Below, in pieces: positions 1 through 11,617 of a DNA stretch of 64,000 nucleotides. The stretch is from Macrostomum lignano. Taxonomy: Eukaryota. Every line of letters begins with the position of its first letter. Positions within the stretch are counted from its first letter, which is position 1. The stretch spans positions 186,001-250,000 of the forward strand of contig NIVC01001610.1 of assembly GCA_002269645.1 (NCBI GenBank), given 5' to 3'. The notes beneath the pieces are model-generated. The model was given only the letters and a program-made list of their open reading frames with translations. It was not told where the DNA came from and made no database searches. The position numbers and the translations under genes were made by a program.

Positions 1-1980
1 CCCCAGAAGCTGCTAGCCATAAAGGGCTATCTGGAAAGCATGATCCCCAGAAGCTGTTAGCCATAAAGGGCTATCTGGAAAGCATGATCCCCAGAAGCTG
101 TTAGCCATAAAGGGCTATCTGGAAAGCATGAGCTCCAGAAGCTGTTAGCCATAAAGGGCTATCTGGAAAGCATGATCCCCAGAAGCTGTTAGCCATAAAG
201 GGCTATCTGGAAAGCATGATCCCCAGAAGCTGCTAGCCATAAAGGGCTATCTGGAAAGCATGATCCCCAGAAGCTGTTAGCCATAAAGGGCTATCTGGAA
301 AGCATGATCCCCAGAAGCTGTTAGCCATAAAGGGCTATCTGGAAAGCATGAGCTCCAGAAGCTGTTAGCCATAAAGGGCTATCTGGAGAGCATGAGCTCC
401 AGAAGCTGTTAGCCATAAAGGGCTATCTGGAAAGCATGAACTCCAGAAGCTGTTAGCCATAAAGGGCTATCTGGAAAGCATGAACTCCAGAAGCTGTTAG
501 CCATAAAGGGCTATCTGGAAAGCATGATCCCCAGAAGCTGTTAGCCATAAAGGGCTATCTGGAAAGCATGAACTCCAGAAGCTGTTAGCCATAAAGGGCT
601 ATCTGGAAAGCATGATCCCCAGAAGCTGCTAGCCATAAAGGGCTATCTGGAAAGCATGATCCCCAGAAGCTGCTAGCCATAAAGGGCTATCTGGAAAGCA
701 TGATCCCCAGAAGCTGCTAGCCATAAAGGGCTATCTGGAAAGCATGAACTCCAGAAGCTGTTAGCCATAAAGGGCTATCTGGAAAGCATGATCCCCAGAA
801 GCTGTTAGCCATAAAGGGCTATCTGGAAAGCATGAACTCCAGAAGCTGTTAGCCATAAAGGGCTATCTGGAAAGCATGATCCCCAGAAGCTGTTAGCCAT
901 AAAGGGCTATCTGGAAAGCATGAGCTCCAGAAGCTGTTAGCCATAAAGGGCTATCTGGAAAGCATGAGCTCCAGAAGCTGTTAGCCATAAAGGGCTATCT
1001 GGAAAGCATGATCCCCAGAAGCTGCTAGCCATAAAGGGCTATCTGGAAAGCATGATCCCCAGAAGCTGCTAGCCATAAAGGGCTATCTGGAAAGCATGAG
1101 CTCCAGAAGCTGTTAGCCATAAAGGGCTATCTGGAAAGCATGATCCCCAGAAGCTGCTAGCCATAAAGGGCTATCTGGAAAGCATGATCCCCAGAAGCTG
1201 TTAGCCATAAAGGGCTATCTGGAAAGCATGATCCCCAGAAGCTGCTAGCCATAAAGGGCTATCTGGAAAGCATGATCCCCAGAAGCTGCTAGCCATAAAG
1301 GGCTATCTGGAAAGCATGAGCTCCAGAAGCTGTTAGCCATAAAGGGCTATCTGGAAAGCATGATCCCCAGAAGCTGTTAGCCATAAAGGGCTATCTGGAA
1401 AGCATGATCCCCAGAAGCTGCTAGCCATAAAGGGCTATCTGGAAAGCATGATCCCCAGAAGCTGCTAGCCATAAAGGGCTATCTGGAAAGCATGAGCTCC
1501 AGAAGCTGTTAGCCATAAAGGGCTATCTGGAAAGCATGAGCTCCAGAAGCTGTTAGCCATAAAGGGCTATCTGGAGAACATGAGCTCCAGAAGCTGTTAG
1601 TCATAAAGGGCTATCTGGAAAGCATGAGCTCCAGAAGCTGTTAGCCATAAAGGGCTATCTGGAGAACATGAGCCCCAGAAGCTGTTAGCCATATAGTGCT
1701 ATCTGGAGAGCATGAGCCCCAGAAGCTGTTAGCCATAAAGGGCTATCTGGAGAGCATGATCCCCAGAAGCTGTTAGCCATAAAGGGCTATCTGGAAAGTA
1801 TGAGCTCCAGAAGCTGTTAGCCATAAAGGGCTATCTGGAGAACATGAGCTCCAGAAGCTGTTAGCCATAAAGGGCTATCTGGAGAACATGAGCCCCAGAA
1901 GCTGTTAGCCATAAAGGGCTATCTGGAGAGCATGATCCCCAGAAGCTGTTAGCCATAAAGGGCTATCTGGAAAGTATGAG
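1..1980. repeat. 44-bp minisatellite, ~45 copies, probably in the last intron of PYCR copy 1
   Basis: Unit ccccagaagctgYtagccataaagggctatctggaaagcatgat repeats head-to-tail from base 1; variants gatccc/gagctc/gaactc. Ends ~100 nt before the acceptor at 2077-2078. Confidence 0.97.
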
Positions 1981-2078
1981 CCAAACCCCACTTGGGGTGA
2001 AATTTTCTAAACATATTTGTCGAATCAGCAGCGCTGTACAAGCTCTGTATACAGCCCACGGGCGTGCGCCAATTGCAG

Positions 2079-2295
2079 TCCGCTAGCTCTGCGCCTGGCC
2101 GCTCAGACTGTATACGGCACCAGCCGTCTCGTGCTGGAGTCTGGACGCCATCCGGCCGAACTGCGTGACGCCATCACCAGTCCGGGCGGCACCACCATTG
2201 CCGGCCTATCGGAACTGGAGGCTCGCGGCTTCAGTGCCGCACTGTGGCAGGCGGTGTTGATATCGGCTAAGCGGTCTGAAGATCTTGGGGAATGA
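2079..2295 (+). CDS. PYCR: Pyrroline-5-carboxylate reductase copy 1, terminal exon (upstream exons outside window)
   Basis: Acceptor ttgcag at 2073-2078, same phase-2 junction as copy 2. Encodes PLALRLAAQTVYGTSRLVLESGRHPAELRDAITSPGGTTIAGLSELEARGF (PYCR dimerisation domain with SPGGTT motif); stop TGA at 2293-2295. Confidence 0.92.
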
Positions 2296-2764
2296 GCTGG
2301 TAGCTCTAGGGAATCTGAAGCTTAATCAGTCTGATTTTAGAAATATTGATGATAAATTCAACTGCCAATCTGACAAAACTGTGGGAGATATTAATCTATG
2401 CATTTGGCATTTGTGATGTTCACTGTGGGTGGATTGTTTTATTTGTTTTTACTCAGCTCTGTATTGTATTTGAGATCGTGGCCCTTTACAATTGGTTACC
2501 AGTGTATAGGACCAGTAATCATTCCTATAGTAGCGGTATTAGCGGGATTTATGAATCACACCATTCACCAATATGCACACGCGTAGGAACCAGTTGACTT
2601 TTTCTGCTTTTAACTTTTTTGTTTCTCATATTTTTATAAGTCTTTCTTTGACTTACATTTTTTGTTTTTTTTCATCATCTATCGTAGAGGCGTTCTAAAC
2701 CGTCGTGTCATTGTGCCAACGACCTAGTTTGCTTATGCTAAACAGGGTTAACAGCACTAGCTAA

Positions 2765-3085
2765 AGAGGGGATAGCAGCGCAGCACACCTAGGGAGGGGA
2801 TAGCAGCACAGCACCAGCTAGGGAGGGGATAGCAGCACAGCACCAGCTAGGGAGGGGACAGCAGCACAGCACCAGCTAGGGAGGGGATAGCAGCACAGCA
2901 CCAGCTAGGGAGTGGATAGCAGCGCAGCACCAGCTAGGGAGGGGACAGCAGCACAGCACCAGCTAGGGAGTGGATAGCAGCGCAGCACCAGCTAGGGAGG
3001 GGACAGCAGCACAGCACCAGCTAGGGAGTGGATAGCAGCGCAGCACCAGCTAGGGAGGGGATAGCAGCACAGCACCAGCTATAGG
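2765..3085. repeat. 29-bp minisatellite, ~11 copies
   Basis: Unit gggaggggatagcagcacagcaccagcta. Confidence 0.95.
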
Positions 3086-3633
3086 GAGGGTGCAGTGAAA
3101 CGCAAGCTTAGCAGGGGCATAACTGACACATGAGCAAATATGTTTCATATTATCGCAATTATTCGGTTGAAAACATTTAAAGTCGCAGTGTTTTGATTCA
3201 GTGCTGATCAGGTTTCAAAGTACAAAGTCTGTTAGCAGATATGCCAGCAGTCTTATTGTGTGTTTTTCATACTTTGACTTCCACACGTTTTTTTGGTGAC
3301 CAGGTAATCTTTGCGACCAATAGCGCTCATTTACTTTGGCGGATCGGTTTTTTCTTATCTTATTTTATTTTTTTCTACTGGTGCCTGCTCTGTTGTGTCT
3401 ATACTATAGTGCAATTTCTATGCAAAATTTGTTACATTTTTATTTATTTACTGATTTTTAACATATTTCAAGATCTCTTGTAGCCAGAAAATACACATTG
3501 ACTGACTGGCTCTTTGAGAATTAACCGCTCCACACAAGGCGAAAGCGAAGTCTGGGCTGTCCTTACTTTATTTATTGTAAGCAAGGGCTACTCCTAATAT
3601 TGTCTGGTCTTAGATCCATAAGGCATTTTTAGC

Positions 3634-4014
3634 ACTAGTCCTGACACTTGCTTACCCCAAGACTGCACATCAGTTTACTAGTCCTTACACTTGCCTACCC
3701 CAAGACTGCACATCAGTTTACTAGTCCTGACACTTGCTTACCCCAAGACTGCACATCAGTTTACTAGTCCTGACACTTGCTTACCCCAAGACTGCACATC
3801 AGTTTACTAGTCCTTACACTTGCTTACCCCAAGACTGCACATCAGTTTACTAGTCCTGACACTTGAATACCCTAAGACTGCACATCAGTTTACTAGTCCT
3901 GACACTTGCATACCCCAAGACTGCACATCAGTTTACTAGTCCTGACACTTGCATACCCCAAGACTGCACATCAGTTTACTAGTCCTGACACTTGCATACC
4001 CCAAGACTGCACAT
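3634..4014. repeat. 43-bp minisatellite, ~9 copies, between the two PYCR genes
   Basis: Unit ctagtcctgacacttgcttaccccaagactgcacatcagttta. Confidence 0.95.
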
Positions 4015-4216
4015 AAACTTCTTACACGTTTCACCGACGTTTGCCTTTTCACTGCTCGAAACATAAACTTTCGCTTATAACCTTCATTAATTCTCACTAG
4101 TTATCAAAGTTATTTTTTCTTAGTCAAAACAATACCGTTTTCATAAATACCCAGTGTTTCCATAATTTTCATCGTTTGTATCCGTCTTGCAGTAATATCT
4201 GTTTAAAGCGCTGACC

Positions 4217-6415
4217 ATGGCCGCCATTAGCAATCAAATCGATCCGTCAGTCGCTGAGAAGCTCAGCAATATGCGTGTAGGATTCGTTGGCGCTGGACGC
4301 ATGGCTCAGGCCATCGTCAAAGGATTCACTAATGATGGTAATAAGTCTATCAAGATCTGGCGCTTTGGATTCTCAATAAATTTATTCTCAATGATTAATT
4401 CAGTCACAGTTGCTTCGTTGCGTCTTGAATAGTGTCTTAATCCTATTACCAGTCTATTTCAGCAGAACCGATATGCAAAGTCTCTACTTGTATTCACCTG
4501 TAGACAAGCCAACATCATTGAATTCAGACACCGCACCGGCAGTAAAATTTAGACAGTCCCACCCTAGTCCTACTCAGGATTGTCTATGGCTAAAAGTAAA
4601 CAACTGAGACAAACTCCAGTTCAAATTATATAGACTCTGGGATCATTTGGGCAACACTTTTCAATCTGTACTTCGATTGCGCAACATAAGAAGCAACTTA
4701 AACGTGTGAAAATCTCAAGAAGTCACTAGTATTCAGCTTGGCACACAAGTTTAGACAAACTTCAGCCTCTGCTCTTCACTTTCTTTCCAGACTATCTTGT
4801 TTTGGCCTGTTCAATAGATAATAATTTAGGAAAGGAAAAGAGACTTCAAACGAAATTGCGTATTGAGATGTCTAAATTGCACATCCGTTTTGTTGAAATA
4901 GAGTCGGAAAAGGTGTACCGCGACAGCTCATTGTTTACAAAATCACTTCTGGACATTTTCAGTGCATTCTCCAAGGCAGTCCAACCATAGACCTAGACCT
5001 TAATATGCAAGTGAAATCAATAAATTTATCATTTTATTTATATTTCAGGCATTGTTAAGGCGCAAAACATCTGGGCCAGTGCGCGAACGAAGGCAACTTT
5101 GAATAAAGTTTCCGCTGTAAGTGATTTCTCCTGGCTTCTCAGTATTTGAATGGTTAAATCGCATTTGCTCACTGCGCGTACAGGAGCTCGGCGTCAACGT
5201 ATCACAAAGCAACCGCGAGGTCGTGGAGCACAGCGACATCCTGGTGCTGTCGGTGAAGCCGCAGGTGATGGACTCGGTGCTGGCTGAGCTGTCAGACCTG
5301 ACCGACCCCTCCAAGCTGGTGGTGTCCGTGGCCGCAGGCGTCACCCTGGACCACCTGCAGAGCCGTCTGCTGCCAGACAGCCGGGTGATCCGGCTGATGC
5401 CGAACACGCCGATTCTGGCTAACGCTGGCGCCTCCGTTTATTGCGTTGGTAAGGCAGCGAAGCCGGAGGACGGGCCGCTGATTGAGGCGCTGTTCAAATC
5501 TGTTGGCACCTGCGACTACCTGCCTGAGAACCTGATGGACGCTGCCACAGGTCTGAGCGGGTCCGGTCCAGCGTTCATCCTTGAAGCAATCGACGCCATG
5601 ACGAACGCTGGCGTTCATCAAGGCCTGCCGCGGTAAGTTGCAGGTCGGAACGTGGGCTTAGCTCGAGAGCATGTCGCCGAAAAATGGTGTCAGGGAGTAC
5701 ATGCAGCACTTTTAACTGCCTCCAGCTAAATAGATTCAGATAAAGAGATCTTAATTTAAAAAAGAATGGCTATAATAAAAGAACAGGCCATCCCTTTACG
5801 TACGCTGGCTTTAGTCACCCATACTGAAGGCATTTCTTATCCCTGATCGCCAAAAAAAAAAAATAATTGATTACACCTGCCCTAATGGGCAGATGTGCAA
5901 CCGACAGCTCAGCCGCAGCTATTGCGCGGTGCATCTGAAGGCTGCGTACGACTGTTCAGTCCAAGGACTGGGAGGTCGCCACACACCCTCAGTTACCCCA
6001 GTTAATGCTGGCACCCATTTTACAGCTGGGTGAACTGAAGCAATGCAGAGTTAAGTGTCTTGCTTAAGGTCACAAATTGTTTCGACGTGGGTCAAGAATC
6101 GAACCCCCGACCTTTCAGTCGCAAGTTAACTATAGTAAGATGGCTGTTCTTCATTTGAACTTTTTTAAACTTTTTGACTTCAGTCCGCTGGCGATGCGCC
6201 TGGCCACCCAGACTGTGTACGGCACCGGCCGTCTCGTGCTGGAGTCCGGACGCCATCCGGCCGAGCTCCGTGACGCCATCACCAGTCCGGGCGGCACGAC
6301 AATCACCGGCCTATCGGAGCTGGAGGCTCGCGGCTTCAGGACGGCTCTTTGGCAGGCGGTTAATGCCGCCGCGAATCGATCGGCTGAGCTGGGAGCTAAG
6401 AAGCCAACTCAGTGA
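4217..6415 (+). CDS. PYCR: Pyrroline-5-carboxylate reductase copy 2, complete, 289 aa; exons 4217-4337, 5049-5116, 5184-5632, 6184-6415
   Basis: All junctions GT-AG and in frame (870 nt). Rossmann motif RVGFVGAGRMAQAI, then SVKPQ, VSVAAGV, RLMPNTP, TGLSGSGPAF, SPGGTT. N-terminus resembles cytosolic PYCR3-type enzymes. Confidence 0.95.
5868..6135 (-). mobile_element. tRNA-derived CORE-SINE in PYCR intron 3
   Basis: 6014-6073 (cccattttacag...gttaagtgtcttgcttaaggtcaca) matches the antisense CORE/MIR domain as I recall it. B-box GGTTCGATTC on the minus strand at 6096-6105, at the expected spacing. Boundaries approximate. Confidence 0.75.
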
Positions 6416-6796
6416 TGAGAGACATTGCCCGTTTAACTGTTTAACTCTTCAAACCGTTGTTTCATTTTGACACTTTATCAGCTGTTTGTCAGTTTTTTTA
6501 CACACTGTTCGACCCAATTACTAAACAATAAGATCAGAGTGCTCTTGATTGCGTATGAAGGTTTGTTTTTCACAGTTCGATCAAAGTGAGGTTGCCAGCG
6601 CCGGAGTTGCTATACTTGTTTAGAGTGTGCATTTATTCAGTATCTGATCATGTCTAATATGTTCGAAATGTTTGAGTTCAATTCCCCCACTCGACGCCAT
6701 AACTACACGTTCTATCGATGGGCCCTTGTTTTTTCTTGAATCTAGCAAAAGTGATGCAAACTCTTCGTCTGCTTTTTCTTTTTTGATGCCTAAGTG

Positions 6797-8933
6797 AGTG
6801 CATGAGTTTACTGATCCCGCCAGCCCAACAGTCTCACACAGTGCATGAGTTTACTGATCCCGCCAGCCCAACAGTCCCACACAGTGCATGAGTTTACTGA
6901 TCCCGCCAGCCCAACAGTCCCACACAGTGCATGAGTTTACTGATCCCGCCAGCCCAACAGTCCCACACAGTGCATGAGTTTGCTGATCCCGCCAGCCCAA
7001 CAGTCCCACACAGTGCATGAGTTTACTGATCCCGCCAGCCCAACAGTCCCACACAGTGCATGAGTTTACTGATCCCGCCAGCCCAACAGTCCCACACAGT
7101 GCATGAGTTTACTGATCCCGCCAGCCCAACAGTCCCACACAGTGCATGAGTTTACTGATCCCGCCAGCCCAACAGTCCCACACAGTGCATGAGTTTACTG
7201 ATCCCGCCAGCCCAACAGTCCCACACAGTGCATGAGTTTACTGATCCCGCCAGCCCAACAGTCCCACACAGTGCATGAGTTTACTGATCCCGCCAGCCCA
7301 ACAGTCCCACACAGTGCATGAGTTTACTGATCCCGCCAGCCCAACAGTCCCACACAGTGCATGAGTTTACTGATCCCGCCAGCCCAACAGTCCCACACAG
7401 TGCATGAGTTTACTGATCCCGCCACACCAACAGTCTCACACAGTGCATGAGTTTACTGATCCTGCCAGCCCAACAGTCCCACACAGTGCATGAGTTTACT
7501 GATCCCGCCAGCCCAACAGTCTCACACAGTGCATGAGTTTACTGATCCCGCCACACCAACAGTCCCACACAGTGCATGAGTTTACTGATCCCGCCAGCCC
7601 AACAGTCCCACACAGTGCATGAGTTTGCTGATCCCGCCAGCCCAACAGTCCCACACAGTGCATGAGTTTACTGATCCCGCCAGCCCAACAGTCCCACACA
7701 GTGCATGAGTTTACTGATCCTGCCAGCCCAACAGTCCCACACAGTGCATGAGTTTACTGATCCTGCCAGCCCAACAGTCTCACACAGTGCATGAGTTTGC
7801 TGATCCCGCCAGCCCAACAGTCCCACACAGTGCATGAGTTTACTGATCCCGCCAGCCCAACAGTCCCACACAGTGCATGAGTTTACTGATCCCGCCACAC
7901 CAACAGTCTCACACAGTGCATGAGTTTACTGATCCCGCCACACCAACAGTCTCACACAGTGCATGAGTTTACTGATCCTGCCAGCCCAACAGTCCCACAC
8001 AGTGCATGAGTTTACTGATCCCGCCAGCCCAACAGTCTCACACAGTGCATGAGTTTACTGATCCCGCCACACCAACAGTCCCACACAGTGCATGAGTTTA
8101 CTGATCCCGCCAGCCCAACAGTCCCACACAGTGCATGAGTTTACTGATCCTGCCAGCCCAACAGTCTCACACAGTGCATGAGTTTACTGATCCTGCCAGC
8201 CCAACAGTCCCACACAGTGCATGAGTTTACTGATCCCGCCAGCCCAACAGTCTCACACAGTGCATGAGTTTACTGATCCCGCCACACCAACAGTCCCACA
8301 CAGTGCATGAGTTTACTGATCCCGCCAGCCCAACAGTCCCACACAGTGCATGAGTTTGCTGATCCCGCCAGCCCAACAGTCCCACACAGTGCATGAGTTT
8401 ACTGATCCCGCCAGCCCAACAGTCCCACACAGTGCATGAGTTTACTGATCCTGCCAGCCCAACAGTCCCACACAGTGCATGAGTTTACTGATCCTGCCAG
8501 CCCAACAGTCTCACACAGTGCATGAGTTTGCTGATCCCGCCAGCCCAACAGTCCCACACAGTGCATGAGTTTACTGATCCCGCCAGCCCAACAGTCCCAC
8601 ACAGTGCATGAGTTTACTGATCCCGCCACACCAACAGTCTCACACAGTGCATGAGTTTACTGATCCCGCCAGCCCAACAGTCCCACACAGTGCATGAGTT
8701 TACTGATCCTGCCAGCCCAACAGTCTCACACAGTGCATGAGTTTGCTGATCCCGCCAGCCCAACAGTCCCACACAGTGCATGAGTTTACTGATCCCGCCA
8801 GCCCAACAGTCCCACACAGTGCATGAGTTTACTGATCCTGCCAGCCCAACAGTCTCACACAGTGCATGAGTTTACTGATCCCGCCAGCCCAACAGTCCCA
8901 CACAGTGCATGAGTTTACTGATCCCGCCAGCCC
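6797..8933. repeat. 43-bp minisatellite, ~50 copies, between PYCR copy 2 and PGPEP1
   Basis: Unit gtgcatgagtttactgatcccgccagcccaacagtcccacaca. Confidence 0.97.
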
Positions 8934-9032
8934 TCTCTTCCTTCGACATTGCAGTCCAAAAGTCAATCAGCAGTCTAGCAAGACCCATAGCTACTGACGG
9001 TTGTGTTCAGCGGCCCTGTCCTGCCAGAGACG

Positions 9033-11500
9033 ATGCCCAAGCTGCTAGTGACCGGCTTCGGCCCATTCAGCGCGTGCTCGGTGAACTCCAGCTGGTTATT
9101 GGCGCAGTCCGTGCGCGATCGTCTGGCGCAGACGCGGCCGGATCTGGCAGTGTGCGCAGTGGAGATCCCAGTCGAATACTCGGCCGTGGCGGACAAAGTG
9201 CCGGCTCTGTGGTCAACTGAGCAGCCCGATCTGGTGCTGCATATGGGTTACTATGGCAACGGTCGAGCGTTAAGAATCGAACGCCGAGCTAGGAATGCGC
9301 CCTATTGCAAGCGCGACTATTGCAATAAGACTTGCCACGAGGCCATGGGCCAGGAGATCTGTCACAAAGACGCCGAACCTGACGCCGCCTACCAGTGCGC
9401 GCTCGACCTTGACCGGGCAGCGGAGGCCGTGCGGCGCGAGTTTCCAGGCGGAGAGGTGAGGCAGCCTGTTTTGTAGATACTGGTACATAAATATGTACTT
9501 ATAGAAGTCTAGTTTGTTAAGCGTTTATGGTAGAAAATCAACGTTTAAGCTAACATTAGGGTATGTTTATAAAAAATAACACTTTTGGTAACTCTTAAAT
9601 TTTACTGCACAGCGCGTGACTGTTTAACCTTATTACTGAAGTAGAATGCTGTTTGCTTCCCGGTTTAGGCCCTTAAGAGTACCATAAGTCTCGAGCCTCT
9701 TCAGTGGGAAGTTCTCTCAGCTCTCAGTAGCGTAGTTAGTGCTGCCACCAGTTCCTTCTGGTCTAGGCCTTCGATGAGGTGAGCGATGAGGTGAGCTTCC
9801 CGTCGGAACGAAATAACGAAGTCAACGAACTCAGCACCAGGTGCAGATTTACAGCTCAACGTACAAGGCGTCTCATTAGCAGCACCTGCCGGGCTTGGTT
9901 GGTGAATGGAAGGGCTGAGTTAGCCTCTCTTAGGCTTCGGGGTTGGCTTTAGAGGATCTCAGTCAGACCAATAGCAGAGAAATCAATGACAGAGAACGGG
10001 CGTTCAATCTCAGACTCGCAGAAAACTTAGACTCGGAAGATCGAAAACTCAGTCAGAAAACTCCTTGACGGAAACAAGGGGATCCTATTTATAGCGCGGG
10101 ATTCACCTCTGCACAAGACCTCGTGACTTGTACTATTTTTAGAACTGACGTCAACTTGTGCTCCTCAGACAGGGTGCGCTAAGCTGTGACTCAGTGTCTA
10201 TTTTTAGAAACATGAGTCACCTTTTACCTTAGAGAAGGCAAGGCCCCCAGAGCACGTGATTCACCCGGAAGACAGGACCAGCGAGTGCAGTAAACATGTT
10301 TACTGCACTTTAGGACTCCAAGAAAGCAAGGCCTGTCATGTGACTTGCTCACATGACAGGGGAAAGAGGGACAGGAGCGAACCAAGAACAGACCACAGCG
10401 GAGAAGCCAAGGGCTGAGAACAGAGGCGCAGAAGCGGGCAAAAGGGAAAAGGGAACAGCAAACAGGCAGACCAAGGGAGGCGGGAAGCTGACCAGCGGCA
10501 GGCAGCAACCCAGGGCGAGGACGAGGGCGAGGGAACTGCTGACAAAAAGGGGGACGCCTAACACCAAACTAGCGGATCACTACATTACCTAATACACTAT
10601 TTTCACCCCCAATGAAGATTTGCCTGGTCTTCACGCTGCTGAGCGGTTACCTCTTGAGTTTAATTTTCGACATGAAAATCCTTGGGCGTCATTGTGCGAA
10701 CTGACGTTGTCAATGATGGAGAGGTATCCCTCCATGCAAGCTCTCCCTCCACATCATCCTCTTTACCAGCCTCTACTTGGATTTTTTTCGATGCCATTCT
10801 AGCATCAACGCTCTTGACTTATTTGACTCAGCTGCAGGGAGATCCAGTAGTCCCGGTGTCCGCAGCGCGCTCCGCCTCTGGAGAGTCCAGGAGGTGGATG
10901 GTCGCTCGCCCAGTAGCCCTTAGGTAGCGGACGAGCAGCCGGGTAGCCCTCGGGCAGAGATTCTCGAACCCGAAAACGTCAGAGAGGTCCGGTTTTAAGC
11001 CGAGGTAGGTGAGCCTGTCCTGAGTAAAGACGGGCCGGGCATTCACAGATAAAGTGTTCCGCAGTTTCAACAACGGAGAGGCAGAATGGGCATTCCTCGC
11101 TACGGATTTTTCCCTGGAGGTAGCGATGCCTGGCAAAACATCCATGACCCGAGAGGGCCATGTTCACCGCTCTGATGTCCCTGCGGTTCCCTCTGTCTTT
11201 CTAGCTTAATGCACACTCACAACGATTTTTGTTGGAACTGTCTACAACTTTGTTTGAATTGAAAAGTACGCGAATTTAAATTGAAATTATTGCATATATT
11301 TCAAGGTGGAGCTGGTCATGTCAGACGATGCCGGCTTATACCTGTGCGAGTTTATTTACTGCGTCAGCTTGCGCCGCGATGCCAAACGCTGCGTATTCGT
11401 TCACGTGCCAGACTGCGTTGATAATCCGGCTAAACAGCAGCTGCTGACGTCCGGTTTGTGCAGCCTGGTGAGCCATCTGCTGCGCCAGTTCGGTCTGTGA
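9033..11500 (+). CDS. PGPEP1: Pyroglutamyl-peptidase I (cysteine peptidase C15), 205 aa; exons 9033-9455 and 11306-11500
   Basis: N-terminal LLVTGFGPF and NSSW motifs. Catalytic triad intact: Glu in RIERRARN, Cys in DAGLYLCEF, His in FVHVP. Phase-0 junction gag|gtgagg ... caag|gtg. Confidence 0.94.
9660..10584 (-). mobile_element. Probable LTR (~9843-10584) with PBS-like TGG and a short internal remnant, in the PGPEP1 intron
   Basis: Minus strand begins TGTAGTGA at ~10584; TATAAATAG at ~10085-10093 followed by a pyrimidine-rich R-like stretch; ...TGCA end followed by cc-TGGTGCTGAG at ~9840. No second LTR and no TSD found. Confidence 0.5.
10870..11200 (-). mobile_element. Degenerate non-LTR retrotransposon 3' end (I/R1/LOA-like ORF2 C-terminal zinc knuckle)
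   Basis: [40 protein letters not shown] (C-x2-C-x8-H-x3-C) continues after a frameshift as [20 protein letters not shown]...[11 protein letters not shown]. Confidence 0.8.
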
Positions 11501-11617
11501 GAATTGCTTTCGTAAAATTTATTAAGGGCTGATTTCGAATTCATGAAACCAACTAGGAATTTGAGCCATCATAGCTTTCGTCAATGAAGTTGATAGAATT
11601 AGAAAATCACAAATGGA

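Noticed and set aside
2398-2586. 62-aa hydrophobic ORF after PYCR copy 1
   Set aside because: T-rich 3'UTR-like sequence readily yields hydrophobic ORFs; no recognisable family or splice support.
10224-10592. ORFs in the purine-rich part of the LTR-like element
   Set aside because: Low-complexity U3-like sequence; no gag or pol motifs.
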